64,000 nucleotides of DNA. It comes from Nitrospirota bacterium. GTDB taxonomy: Bacteria; Nitrospirota; Nitrospiria; 2-01-FULL-66-17. A program made the translations under genes and the position numbers. This document shows positions 20,501-30,661 of the stretch, one piece after another (the stretch's first letter is position 1; each line of letters opens with the position of its first letter). Below the pieces are notes generated by a model that ran no database searches, was not told where the DNA came from, and worked only from the letters and a program-made list of their open reading frames with translations. Location: contig JBMOMC010000043.1 in assembly GCA_049325335.1 (NCBI GenBank), positions 66,202 to 130,201 of the forward strand. The letters run 5' to 3'.

Positions 20501-20767
20501 CCGAGACCCGCGTACGACCGTCACGTGTCGTCTTCATCGTTCCTTAATTATCTCCCTGGTACACTCTGCGCGTGTTCGACGCCACCCGTATACCGGTGCG
20601 GTCAATGGTGCGCGGCGTCGTAGATGGGCCAAGAACTTGGCAACGTGGAGGTGCGGTTGACGGAATGTTGATACTCTAGTCCGCGGAAATTTTCGTACTC
20701 CGAGCCGCCAAACCTGTAATTTCCATAGGAGGCGGGGCATGAGTTCGGCTCCTATCAAGATTGGGGC

Positions 20768-20783
20768 TGGTACGCGAATTGCT
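20768..20783 (+). promoter_or_regulatory. Sigma54 (-24/-12) promoter for the multiheme operon
   Basis: TGGTAC-GCGAA-TTGCT about 80 nt upstream of the ATG at 20861, in an AT-richer intergenic region. Confidence 0.72.
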
Positions 20784-20860
20784 TTCCTTACAGCCGGTGC
20801 TGTATCGACCAAACAGAATGAACAAGCAGTGATATCTAATACAATGTGAGGATCCGAAGA

Positions 20861-21994
20861 ATGTCCAGAGAGCGACAGACGATTCATTGGGGCGCACAGA
20901 TCGGAGCCGTGGTTGTTGCTGGGTTCATGGCGTGGATCGGATGGGGGGCGCTGGTCGGGCACGCGGCTGCGCCGTCTCCATCGTTCGACCATGACCGGAC
21001 CTTGTTCCCGCTCACCGGGCAACATCGACAGGTCCAGTGCGAGGGATGTCATACCGGCGGACGATACGAGAACCTGCCGACTCAATGCGTGGCCTGTCAC
21101 AATGGCCAGCGCGCTCCAGGGAAGCCATCCAGTCATGTCGTGACCACGGCGCAGTGCGATACCTGCCATACCACGACAAGTTTTGCAGGAGCGGGATTTG
21201 CGCACGACGCGTCGGCGGCGGGGCGGTGCGACACGTGCCACAACGGACGGACGGCGATGGGGAAGCCGTCCAGCCATATCGCGACCACGGCGCAGTGTGA
21301 CACGTGCCATACCACGCGGAGCTTCGAGGGCGCGGGGTATACGCACGACGCGAGCGCGACGGGGCGGTGCGACACGTGCCACAACGGACGGACGGCGATC
21401 GGGAAGGGGTCCGGGCACATCGCGACCACGGCGCAGTGCGATACGTGCCATACCACGACAAGTTTTGCGGGAGCGGGATTTGCGCACGACGCGTCGGCGG
21501 CGGGGCGGTGCGACACGTGCCATAACGGACGGACGGCTCCCGGCAAGCCGTCCGGGCACATCGCGACCACGGCGCAGTGTGATACGTGCCACAACACCAG
21601 GAGTTTCTCGGGGGCGACGTTTCGGCACGACGCGTCGGCGGCGGGGCGGTGCGACACGTGCCACAACGGACGGGCAGCTCCCGGCAAGCCGTCCGGGCAC
21701 ATTGCGACTACGGCGCAGTGCGATCAATGCCACCGGACAACGGCGTGGACGCCCGCGACCTACGCGAGCCATGCCAACCCGTTGCTGATCGGCGGACACT
21801 CCGGTCTCGACTGCAGTGTCTGCCATCCGCAATCGTTCACGTCCGCGTTTTATCGCGACGGCGTGCAATTCGGCTTTTGTTCCAATTGCCACCGCCGGGA
21901 CTATGACCCAGGGAGGGATCAACACAACAACGCCAGCCTGCAGGTCAACGCCAACTGCGCCAATTGCCACGAACATGCGGGCTATCGGTGGTAA
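20861..21994 (+). CDS. Multiheme cytochrome c, 14 CxxCH, built from 47-aa diheme repeats
   Basis: 14 CxxCH counted; N-terminal signal; GAGGA RBS. Confidence 0.92.
   Translation: MSRERQTIHWGAQIGAVVVAGFMAWIGWGALVGHAAAPSPSFDHDRTLFPLTGQHRQVQCEGCHTGGRYENLPTQCVACHNGQRAPGKPSSHVVTTAQCDTCHTTTSFAGAGFAHDASAAGRCDTCHNGRTAMGKPSSHIATTAQCDTCHTTRSFEGAGYTHDASATGRCDTCHNGRTAIGKGSGHIATTAQCDTCHTTTSFAGAGFAHDASAAGRCDTCHNGRTAPGKPSGHIATTAQCDTCHNTRSFSGATFRHDASAAGRCDTCHNGRAAPGKPSGHIATTAQCDQCHRTTAWTPATYASHANPLLIGGHSGLDCSVCHPQSFTSAFYRDGVQFGFCSNCHRRDYDPGRDQHNNASLQVNANCANCHEHAGYRW
21100..21735 (+). repeat. Intragenic tandem repeat, 141-nt period, about 4.5 copies
   Basis: GCACGACGCG..GGGCGGTGCGACACGTGCCA recurs near 21202, 21343, 21484 and 21625. 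Confidence 0.9.
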
Positions 21995-23679
21995 TGAGAC
22001 CCAAGGTCCATTGGTTGGCATCGGCGCTGCTGTGCGGCGCACTGGTGGTCCAGGGCTGCGGAGGGCCGACCAAACGGTTGCCGCCCGCGCCTCGATTCTC
22101 CAACGCCGAAATCGAAGCGTCGTATAAGAACGGGGAAGAGGCCTTGCTCAACGGTGACTACGTGAAAGCTCGTCGGGTGTTGATGCAGATCATTTCTCGA
22201 TTTCCCGGTGAAAACGATTTGGCGCAGGTCCAGTGGTTGATGGCCAAGACCTACGACATGGAGAACCGTCCGGTCGAAGCCGTGGCCGAATATAAGCGGT
22301 TCGTGGCCAACTACCCCGACCACCCCAACGCGCAGGACGCGGACGACCGAATCCGTCATCTGGAACAAGCGGCGCGGCCGAAGCCGAGCAAACCGGTCCG
22401 CGTGGTCGGGTCGCTGTCAACGGATTACGAATACGCCGAAGACTTGAGCCCAGAGCCCCTGACCACGCTGAACCGCGTGACCACGCGGCTCGACGCCCAG
22501 ATTCGCAATCTTGACGAGGGACGGGGGAAAGTGGTGGTGAGCGCGCTGCGGTCATTCGATTTGCAAGACCAGGGTGACGATCGCGCTCGGCTTCAGAAGT
22601 TGTATGGGGACTGGCGCAATCCGGCCGATCGATGGTCGGTGAGAATCGGGCGTCAGCCGTCCACCCCCGGAGCGCTTTCGACGCGGTACGACGGGGCCGA
22701 ACTCCATTACCGAGTCATTCCAACGGTGGCGTTCGACGTTGCCGCGGGTTTCCCGGTGGATTTTTTCCGCAGCGGCGCGTTGTCCACCGACGCGCGATTC
22801 TACGAAGCCGGGCTCACTGCGGCCGATGTCGGCGGCGCCACCGGCCGGATCTACGCAATCCGGCAGTTTGCCGAAGACGTCCTCGACCGTGAGGCGGTGG
22901 GCGGCAACTTCCAGGGGGGGTGGGGACGGTTCGGCGCGAACGGCAACGCGGACTACGATATCAACTTCGGGGAGTTTAATGACCGGTTCCTTTCGATAGA
23001 GTACGCGCTCCGGGAATCACTCACCGTCACGCTCGCCCGCGATGCGCGAAACGATCCATACCTTCAGATGAGCACCGCGCTGCTCGATGATACCGCCACG
23101 GCGGCGACCCCGCCCATTACCACCGTGTCTGATTTGCTGGCGCTGGCGGGACAAAACGAGGACACGGTCAGAGACATGGCTCGAAACCACACGATCGATT
23201 CAACCGACTCGCGGGTCGGGCTTCGGTGGACGATCGGCCCGCACTGGTTGTCCACGGCGGATTATTCCCATACCGTCAGCCAGATCCCGCAGGCGGGCGG
23301 GGGCCGAACCCGACAAACGTTCGACCGGGTATCACTCTACGCGGCTCAGTCGAACGCGTGGCGCTTCCCGGATACGACATCCGCGTTGATCATCCATCAG
23401 ACCGGGTCGGAGTTGGTCATCGACACGGTATCGCTCGTCGCCGGGGAACGGCTCGCGCCGTCGCTCCTGCTCCAACTAAAGGCCCGCGTGGAATACACGG
23501 GTTTTAAGAACGGAAGCGCGACAGATTCCATTCGGTACGTACCGGGCGTCGCGCTGAACATGGAACCCACGCGGTTTCTGTTGTTGACGGCCGAGGGCGA
23601 GTATACTCACGAAAACCGGTTCTATATGCCCGGGCGTACCGCGATCTTGTCGCGGTTGAACGTCACCGTGCTGTTTTAA
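21994..23679 (+). CDS. TPR (BamD-like) plus outer-membrane beta-barrel protein, putative cytochrome-associated porin
   Basis: VQGC lipobox, TPR helices, amphipathic beta-strand pattern, terminal Phe; TAATG coupling with the upstream gene. Confidence 0.75.
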   Translation: MRPKVHWLASALLCGALVVQGCGGPTKRLPPAPRFSNAEIEASYKNGEEALLNGDYVKARRVLMQIISRFPGENDLAQVQWLMAKTYDMENRPVEAVAEYKRFVANYPDHPNAQDADDRIRHLEQAARPKPSKPVRVVGSLSTDYEYAEDLSPEPLTTLNRVTTRLDAQIRNLDEGRGKVVVSALRSFDLQDQGDDRARLQKLYGDWRNPADRWSVRIGRQPSTPGALSTRYDGAELHYRVIPTVAFDVAAGFPVDFFRSGALSTDARFYEAGLTAADVGGATGRIYAIRQFAEDVLDREAVGGNFQGGWGRFGANGNADYDINFGEFNDRFLSIEYALRESLTVTLARDARNDPYLQMSTALLDDTATAATPPITTVSDLLALAGQNEDTVRDMARNHTIDSTDSRVGLRWTIGPHWLSTADYSHTVSQIPQAGGGRTRQTFDRVSLYAAQSNAWRFPDTTSALIIHQTGSELVIDTVSLVAGERLAPSLLLQLKARVEYTGFKNGSATDSIRYVPGVALNMEPTRFLLLTAEGEYTHENRFYMPGRTAILSRLNVTVLF

Positions 23680-23739
23680 CGGCGACAATCGTCGCCCGCG
23701 GGTCCAGAGGGTCCGCGTCACCAACAAGGAGGATATGGG

Positions 23740-24045
23740 ATGCCGAAAGAATACGCCGTGGCCAAGGTCGCCGAGGTGGGACCGGGCGCGCGCAAGCTGG
23801 TGTCGGTGAACGGCGCCAACGTCGTGCTCGTGAATCAGGGCGGAGCATTCTACGCGATCAACAACGAGTGCCCGCACGAGGGCAACCCCCTCTGCGACGG
23901 GGAGCTCAAGGGCTGCGCGATCGTCTGCCCCACGCACGAGTGGGAATTTTCGCTCAAGACCGGGGAGTCCGACGAGCACCCGGGATTTCAGGTCGATACC
24001 TATCCCGTGCGCGTGGACGGCGCCGAGCTCAAAATCACGATGTGA
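23740..24045 (+). CDS. Rieske [2Fe-2S] ferredoxin
   Basis: CPHEG...CPTHEW.F...TG; AGGAGG RBS; no signal peptide. Confidence 0.92.
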   Translation: MPKEYAVAKVAEVGPGARKLVSVNGANVVLVNQGGAFYAINNECPHEGNPLCDGELKGCAIVCPTHEWEFSLKTGESDEHPGFQVDTYPVRVDGAELKITM

Positions 24046-24104
24046 CGGGGCTGGAACGAGCCGGGAATCATCACGGTCAGTGGGCCCGAAAGGAATAGCC
24101 TGAA

Positions 24105-25001
24105 GTGGATGCCGCAGTTTCTCAAACCGACGTTGCTCCGATCCGCCTGCAATGGATGCGGCCATCGTCCGCCGCGCTCACCGCGCTCAAGTACCTGGGG
24201 TTCACGCTCATCTGGGGCGTGGGCCCCGTGTATGTCATGGCGTTCGAACCGTATGAATCCGAATCCTGGTTCGGGTTGGTGCTCGGGATCGCGGGCCTCT
24301 CCTGCATGCTCGTGGGAGCGGTTATGTACGTGGTGCGTAAACATGTGGCCCGGTTCAAAAAAATCGGCAAACTGAACACGTGGTTGTCCGTCCACATCGC
24401 CTTGTGTTTGGCGGGGCCCACGTTCATCATGTACCATGCGACGTTTAATATTTTGGCGCCGAATTCCGGGGTCGCGATTTATAGCATGTTGATCGTGGTG
24501 GGCAGCGGCCTGTTCGGCAAGTACATCCACGGCCATGTCCTGCAGACCCTGGGCGGCGAACGGGCGGGCCTCAAGCAAATCGAGAAACAGCGAACGCTGA
24601 TCGACCTGGACGTTGCGGGTCAGAACGGCGTGCCGCAGAGCCTGCTGCAGAAGATCCAACAGTTCTTCGAAGTCCGGACCACGAGCAAACACGTCGGGGT
24701 GGTCAAGTCGTTCTACCTGTTGGGCAAACTGGATTGGCTCGAGCGCCGGATTCTCCGGCAGGCCTCGGAGGAGTTCAAGGCCGTACTGCTCGCGCGTCGC
24801 GAGCTGCGGCCGCAGCAGCGGGCGACGCTCGAAGTCGACGGGCTCCAGGGCCTGGCGATCAAAACCGGTTTTGAAAAACGCATTGCCTTAATGGAGGCGA
24901 CCGAACGTGCCTTTCGTTTCTGGCACCATTTGCACGTGCCGCTCTTGGTCGTCCTGGTGCTGACCGTGTTGGCCCACCTCACGGCGGTCCTGCTCTTCTA
25001 G
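24105..25001 (+). CDS. Inner-membrane protein with His-bearing helices (cytochrome b-like, PCC3 IMP-type)
   Basis: WLSVHI...GP...YHA, SGLFGKYI, FWHHLHVPL...LAHL. Confidence 0.75.
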   Translation: MDAAVSQTDVAPIRLQWMRPSSAALTALKYLGFTLIWGVGPVYVMAFEPYESESWFGLVLGIAGLSCMLVGAVMYVVRKHVARFKKIGKLNTWLSVHIALCLAGPTFIMYHATFNILAPNSGVAIYSMLIVVGSGLFGKYIHGHVLQTLGGERAGLKQIEKQRTLIDLDVAGQNGVPQSLLQKIQQFFEVRTTSKHVGVVKSFYLLGKLDWLERRILRQASEEFKAVLLARRELRPQQRATLEVDGLQGLAIKTGFEKRIALMEATERAFRFWHHLHVPLLVVLVLTVLAHLTAVLLF

Positions 25002-25005
25002 CCGT

Positions 25006-26745
25006 GTGGGGTTGATCGCCCGGCGGGTGCTCCGCCGCCTTCCTGTCTTTCTGGTGGTGATCGCGCTCTGGCCCGCCGTGGCCTACGGCCTCAGCCTGTT
25101 CAAAGGCGTGATGCCGGGCAAGGTCGCCGAACCGCACGCCAAAACCGAGGAGGAGTGCTTTGATTGCCACGCCGCATTGGGCAAGTCCTTTATCGCCAAG
25201 TGCGTGGCCTGTCACAAGGAAGTCGGCGTGGACCGACAGAAGAAACGGGGGTTCCACGGCAAAACCGACACGGAACGATGCGAGCGCTGTCACGCGGAGC
25301 ACAAGGGGCGCGCGTTCCAGCTCATCACGTTCGACTCCAAAACTTTTGATCACACCAAGACCGAATACCGCTTAGAGGGTAAGCACCAGGATGTGCGGTG
25401 CGAGCAGTGCCACGTGAAGCCCAAATTCCGCGAAACCCCCTCCGCGTGCGTGGCCTGTCACCGCAAAGACGACTATCACAAGGGCACGCTCGGCGACGCC
25501 TGCCAGCAGTGTCACGTCCCGGCCTCGTGGAAGGAGATTCGTTTCGACCACGCCAAAACCAAATTTCCATTGGAGGGCAAACATCAGCCGGTCACGTGCG
25601 AGCAATGTCACGTGAAAGGGTTGGACGCGAAAGATACCCCGACCGACTGTGTGGCCTGTCACCGCAAAGACGACCCGCACAAGATGATCTTGGGCGAGCG
25701 GTGCGAGAGTTGCCACACGGCGGCGGATTGGAAACGGAGCACGTTTAATCACGACACGACCGACTACCCGCTGACGGGGAAACACCGGCCCGTCGAGTGC
25801 CTGGGCTGCCACAAAACGCCCAAACTCGCCGAAACCCCTCAATCCTGCTACGCGTGCCATAAGAAGGACGATCGGCACAAGGGCTCGCTGGGAACGCAGT
25901 GCGCGGACTGCCACACGCCCACGGACTGGAAGCAATTTCGCTTTGATCACTCCAAGACCAAGTATCCGCTGCTGGCCAAACACCAGGAGGTGGTGTGTGA
26001 GAAGTGCCACGCCAACGAGCGGTACAAGAACACGCCGATGGAGTGCGTGGCCTGCCATAAGAAAGACGACGAGCATAAGGGGTTGCTCGGTCCGCGCTGC
26101 GAGAATTGTCACGTGGAGCGGGGATGGAAACAGACCACGTTCGATCACGACAAGACCGATTTTCGTCTGCGCGACGCGCACGTGACGGTCAGATGCGACG
26201 CGTGCCACACCACGCCGAAGCTGAAGGAGACGCCGACGACCTGTCACGGCTGCCATCAGAAAGACGACGTGCACAAGACCAAACTGGGTGATCGCTGCGA
26301 GCAATGCCACGACGTCAAGACCTGGAAAAAGGCGCCGCGATTCGACCATCAGAAGACCGAGTTTCCGTTAAAAGGTAAACACGAACCCGTGCCGTGCAAG
26401 AAGTGTCACGCCACCAAGCTGTTCGCGGACGCGGCAAAGGTCTGCGTCGAGTGTCACAAGAAGGACGACGAACATAAGGGGCGGTTCGGAGCCCGATGTG
26501 AGCGCTGCCATACGGATCAAACCTGGGAGCGCAAGGACTTCGACCACAAAAAAGAAGCCGGGTACGCGCTGGACGGCGCGCACAAGAAGGTCAAGTGTCT
26601 GACGTGCCACACGCGTCCGCTGTTTAGCACCAAGACGTCGACGCTCTGCGGCGTTTGCCACCGTAACGACGATGCCCACGACGGCGCGCTCGGCCCTCGC
26701 TGCGAACGCTGCCACACCGTGGAGACGTTCGTCATCCGGCGATAA
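25006..26745 (+). CDS. Periplasmic multiheme cytochrome c, 24 CxxCH (triheme repeats)
   Basis: 24 CxxCH counted; seven FDH..T.FPL.GKH/CxxCH x3 repeats; signal peptide, MPG...H N-terminus. Confidence 0.93.
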   Translation: MGLIARRVLRRLPVFLVVIALWPAVAYGLSLFKGVMPGKVAEPHAKTEEECFDCHAALGKSFIAKCVACHKEVGVDRQKKRGFHGKTDTERCERCHAEHKGRAFQLITFDSKTFDHTKTEYRLEGKHQDVRCEQCHVKPKFRETPSACVACHRKDDYHKGTLGDACQQCHVPASWKEIRFDHAKTKFPLEGKHQPVTCEQCHVKGLDAKDTPTDCVACHRKDDPHKMILGERCESCHTAADWKRSTFNHDTTDYPLTGKHRPVECLGCHKTPKLAETPQSCYACHKKDDRHKGSLGTQCADCHTPTDWKQFRFDHSKTKYPLLAKHQEVVCEKCHANERYKNTPMECVACHKKDDEHKGLLGPRCENCHVERGWKQTTFDHDKTDFRLRDAHVTVRCDACHTTPKLKETPTTCHGCHQKDDVHKTKLGDRCEQCHDVKTWKKAPRFDHQKTEFPLKGKHEPVPCKKCHATKLFADAAKVCVECHKKDDEHKGRFGARCERCHTDQTWERKDFDHKKEAGYALDGAHKKVKCLTCHTRPLFSTKTSTLCGVCHRNDDAHDGALGPRCERCHTVETFVIRR

Positions 26746-27030
26746 CGTCCGAGATCATCCGATCGTCAGTCCCTCGCCCCCCTGACGGGACCATGTCCAT
26801 ACGCCACATCACGGGCCACCGCAGGTGATGGCAATAGTCGAAATTGGCAACCTCGTCTACACTATCCGCACAATTCTGTTGCGAAGAACATGTTCGGTGT
26901 CGGAGGCGTGCTGATGCGGCGATTCCCATTACAAATGGGGACGGTGACCGTGGAGGCGAGCGGTTGTGTCGATTTGTTTTACCCAGTCGGGAGATGACCG
27001 GGGGCCATGCCGGTTGCCCGTAACACATCC

Positions 27031-30000
27031 ATGACGGTTGTTGCGCTGGCCGCGGCGGTCGTGGTGTTTGCGATCGGCAACTACGGTCTCGGATTTTCGC
27101 AATGGACGGTCCACTGGTGGGCGGACATCGCGTGGACCCTCGCGTCTGCGCTTACCGGTTGGAAATGCCTCGACACCGCCAAGCGCCGGCAGGGGCCGTA
27201 CCGAAAAGCCTGGATCCTGTTCGGGGCCGCGTGCGGGGCCTGGTTTCTGGGCATGCTCTACTGGGACTATCGGGAATTGGTGTTGCGAGAGGTCACGCCG
27301 TTTCCCGCCTTCTCCGATGTCGGGTTCATGCTGTTCGCGCCGCTGTGTATGGCCGGGATGTTGTGGTATCGAGCCGAAACCCCGACCGCGCGGGTCACCC
27401 TGAAACAACTCTGCAACCTCGGAATCATCGTGTCCGCGATCACTATTTCCGTACCGGTCACCGTGATCGGCGCCATGCGGGCCTCACCGGAGTCCCCGTT
27501 GTATCTGGCGGCGGCCGTGACCTATCCGATTCTCTATCTAACGGCGTTTGTGTTCGGCGTCGTCTGTCTGTGGCTGTACGTGTGGGGAGAAAATCGGAAG
27601 GTCTTTTTATTGCTTGTGGCCGGGGTAGCGGTTCACGCCGCGACGGACACGTTGTACGCGGCAGCCTTGTTGGGCCGGACCTATGAGGCCGGGAACTATC
27701 TGGACGTGTACTGGATCGCGGGGTTCGCGTTGATTTATGCGGCGGCCGCAACGCAGGACGCGGTGAGCGCCGACCTCGCCGGCCATGACCGGGCAGAAGA
27801 GGGTCGGCGGGGAGGCGAACTGGAGAACCTCGTCTCCGCGGCCACGCTTGTGGTTGTCGCCACCGTGTTGTACGTCTTTCGAGCGAACCTACAAGGCGGC
27901 ATCGTCACCCATGTGTTTGCGTTCGGGGTGATCGGGATCGCCTTCGTGGGGATCAAGGAGTGGTGGGGAAATCGTGTCGAGCGGATTCTGCAAGGCGATC
28001 TCTCCTCATCGCTGAACGCCTTGGCGCGCAATGAAGCCCGACTGGCCGGTATCTTGGAGATTGCTCCGGAGGGGATCATTTCCGTGGACGCCGGGCAGCG
28101 AATCGTGCTGTTTAATAAAGGCGCTGAAAGTCTCTTCGGCTATTCCGAACACGAAGCGCTCGGCCACCCCATCGACTTGTTGATTCCCGATCGCTTACAC
28201 GCCGCGCACCGCGCTCACGTGGCTGCCTTCGCGGCGGCCCCCATGACGTCGCTTCGCATGGATGAGCGCCGGGAGATCGCGGCCCGCAGAAAAGACGGGA
28301 CCGAGTTCCCGGCGGAAGGGTCATTGTCCAAACTGATCTTGGGTCGCGACGTGTTCTTCACCGTGGTGATCCGGGACATCACCGAACGCCGACGCGCGGC
28401 GGAGCGGTTACAGCACCGGCTCGAACTGGAGCAGACCATTGCCGCGATTTCAGCCCGCCTCGTCAATCTCCAGTCGGAGACGGCGCATGACGGCATTCAA
28501 GATGCCGTGCGAACACTCGGCGAGTTCTTAGGGGGTGATCGGAGTTATGCGGGTCTGTTTTCCGTGGATCGCGAAACGATCGCGTACACCGTTGAGTGGT
28601 GCGCGGAAGGGGTCCAGCCCGGGAGCGAGCGGTTTAACGACGGGTCGCGCGAGCGGTTCCCGTGGTTCATGAACACGATGCGGAAGGCGGAGATCGCACG
28701 TGTTCCGCGTCTCTCGTCGTTGCCGTCCGACGCCGCCGTGGAGCAACGGGCTTTCCAAGAGGCGGGCGTGCGGTCCGCACTGTTTGTCCCGATGGTGCAC
28801 GCGCACTCCGCCATGGGTTTCCTCGCGGTCGAGTCGGTTCGGGATGAAACGGCTTGGACTGAGGAGGACGTCAACCTGCTCAAAGTCGTGGGCGAGATGT
28901 TGACCAATGTCCTGCTCCGCAGGCAGGCCGAGCAAACGTTGGCGGAGCAAGTGATCCGCGACCCCCTCACCAATCTCTATAATCGGCGCTATTTTGCCCA
29001 TCGTATCCACGAGAGCCTCATGCTGGCGGAACGCAACGGCCAGTGCCTGGCGGTGTTGGCGTGTGACTTGGACCATTTTAAACGCGTCAACGATACCCAG
29101 GGCCATCAAGCGGGGGATCAGGTCCTGAAAGACGTGGCGGGACGGGTCAACGAGTCCATTCGAGGGGGGGACAGCGCGTTCCGGTGGGGAGGAGACGAGA
29201 TCACCATCCTACTGACCAATACCAGTAAGGAGGGGGTACTGGTCGCGGCGCAACGCATCCGGGACAGCGTGAGAAAACTGAAGGCTGCGTCGGAGAGCGG
29301 CCTGGATATCAGCATCGGCATCGCTTTGTACCCCGAACACGGACGAACCGCGGACGAGCTGGTCCGCCTCGCGGACCGCGCGTTGTACATCGCCAAAAAA
29401 GGCGGCGACAAAATTCATATCGGGGAAGAGGAGTACGCCCTGAAAGAGGGCACCATCCGCGTGGTATTTCAACCGGTGCAGGATCTCCGTCTCAACGAGC
29501 CCACGGGATTTGAGGCGCTCAGCCGTGACGCCCAGGGCAAACTCAGCATCCTGGACTTGTTTAAGAAGTACCAGGCGATCGGGTTATTGGATGACTTAAA
29601 ACGCCTCTGTTTTACGAGTCAGATGAAGACGGCTCAAGCCGTGGGCCTGAAGAAGGTCTTCATCAACGTGGATTTTAAGCTGCTCGGCAAACTCCAGCCG
29701 TCCCCCGTCCCGACGGGGTTGGACGTCGTGCTCGAGATTTCAGAGGCGGAAGCGCTGCATGACGTGGAGAACCATCTGGCCATTGCCAAGCAGTGGCGGG
29801 CGTACGGCTATAAGTTGGCCATCGATGATTTCGGGGCGGGCTTCGTGTCCCTGCCGTTTATCGCCCGGTTGATTCCCGAACACATCAAACTGGACCGTTC
29901 CACCGTGCTGCAGGCGGTGGAGTCCACGCGGTTCAGGAGAATCTTGAAAGATCTGCTGTTGGGGCTTCGCAATTGCTCGACCGAGGGGATCATTGCGGAA

Positions 30001-30144
30001 GGCATCGAGTCCGCTGAGGAGTTGGAAGTGATGCGGGAGTTGGGCATCTATTTGGTCCAGGGGTATCTGTTGGGCAGGCCGAAAGAGCTAACACCACTGG
30101 CTGAGTCCGATTTGCCGCAACAATCCGCGAAGAACGCCGCCTAG
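27031..30144 (+). CDS. Membrane-bound PAS-GAF-GGDEF-EAL diguanylate cyclase/phosphodiesterase (start could be 27007)
   Basis: Multi-TM N-terminus, PAS (RKDGTEFP), GAF, RGGD I-site with GGDEI, EAL, DDFGAG, AEGIE, QGY. Confidence 0.92.
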   Translation: MTVVALAAAVVVFAIGNYGLGFSQWTVHWWADIAWTLASALTGWKCLDTAKRRQGPYRKAWILFGAACGAWFLGMLYWDYRELVLREVTPFPAFSDVGFMLFAPLCMAGMLWYRAETPTARVTLKQLCNLGIIVSAITISVPVTVIGAMRASPESPLYLAAAVTYPILYLTAFVFGVVCLWLYVWGENRKVFLLLVAGVAVHAATDTLYAAALLGRTYEAGNYLDVYWIAGFALIYAAAATQDAVSADLAGHDRAEEGRRGGELENLVSAATLVVVATVLYVFRANLQGGIVTHVFAFGVIGIAFVGIKEWWGNRVERILQGDLSSSLNALARNEARLAGILEIAPEGIISVDAGQRIVLFNKGAESLFGYSEHEALGHPIDLLIPDRLHAAHRAHVAAFAAAPMTSLRMDERREIAARRKDGTEFPAEGSLSKLILGRDVFFTVVIRDITERRRAAERLQHRLELEQTIAAISARLVNLQSETAHDGIQDAVRTLGEFLGGDRSYAGLFSVDRETIAYTVEWCAEGVQPGSERFNDGSRERFPWFMNTMRKAEIARVPRLSSLPSDAAVEQRAFQEAGVRSALFVPMVHAHSAMGFLAVESVRDETAWTEEDVNLLKVVGEMLTNVLLRRQAEQTLAEQVIRDPLTNLYNRRYFAHRIHESLMLAERNGQCLAVLACDLDHFKRVNDTQGHQAGDQVLKDVAGRVNESIRGGDSAFRWGGDEITILLTNTSKEGVLVAAQRIRDSVRKLKAASESGLDISIGIALYPEHGRTADELVRLADRALYIAKKGGDKIHIGEEEYALKEGTIRVVFQPVQDLRLNEPTGFEALSRDAQGKLSILDLFKKYQAIGLLDDLKRLCFTSQMKTAQAVGLKKVFINVDFKLLGKLQPSPVPTGLDVVLEISEAEALHDVENHLAIAKQWRAYGYKLAIDDFGAGFVSLPFIARLIPEHIKLDRSTVLQAVESTRFRRILKDLLLGLRNCSTEGIIAEGIESAEELEVMRELGIYLVQGYLLGRPKELTPLAESDLPQQSAKNAA

Positions 30145-30280
30145 CCACGCCCCGCGTGAGATCGCTCGCGCGATCGTGAAGACGAGTCGACCGCCCTCGC
30201 GATATCGCGCCCCGCTTGACCCGTTGGGGGCGATTCCGTACGATTCCGCGCGACGTGAGGATACGCCTGTTGCGTCTGCC

Positions 30281-30661
30281 ATGAGCCGAAGTCTCGCCGC
30301 GGTGGTCATCGGATACCTTGCGCTTGCGGTCGTCACCGCGGCCAAATGGCTGGCCCTTAAGCGGTTTGTCCCCCAGATTCTGCCGGCCCCGGGTGACGAC
30401 GTGTTTCCCGACACGACGTGGCTCTTGGCCATGCTCGGCTCGGATCTGGGTCTGATGATCGGCGCGGGGTATGTCGCGGCCGTTATTGCCGGTCGCGCGC
30501 CGATCGCGCACGCGGTCGCGCTCGGCGCGGTCATCGTGACGCTCGGATTGACGTGGATGTTCGTGTTGTGGGGGTGGATGCCCCTGTGGTATCAGGTGAT
30601 CGTGGTATCGGTCGCGGTGCCCGCGGCTGCGACCGGCGGGGCCCTGCGCGCGTCGTCCTGA
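30281..30661 (+). CDS. Small integral membrane protein
   Basis: Four hydrophobic helices; PLWY motif. Confidence 0.65.
   Translation: MSRSLAAVVIGYLALAVVTAAKWLALKRFVPQILPAPGDDVFPDTTWLLAMLGSDLGLMIGAGYVAAVIAGRAPIAHAVALGAVIVTLGLTWMFVLWGWMPLWYQVIVVSVAVPAAATGGALRASS

Noticed and set aside
21100..21735. Regular repeats resembling a CRISPR array
   Set aside because: In-frame coding repeats with no unique spacers and no cas genes
20534..22042. 502-aa repetitive antisense ORF, and similar shadow ORFs throughout the window
   Set aside because: Product of GC-rich codon bias opposite real genes
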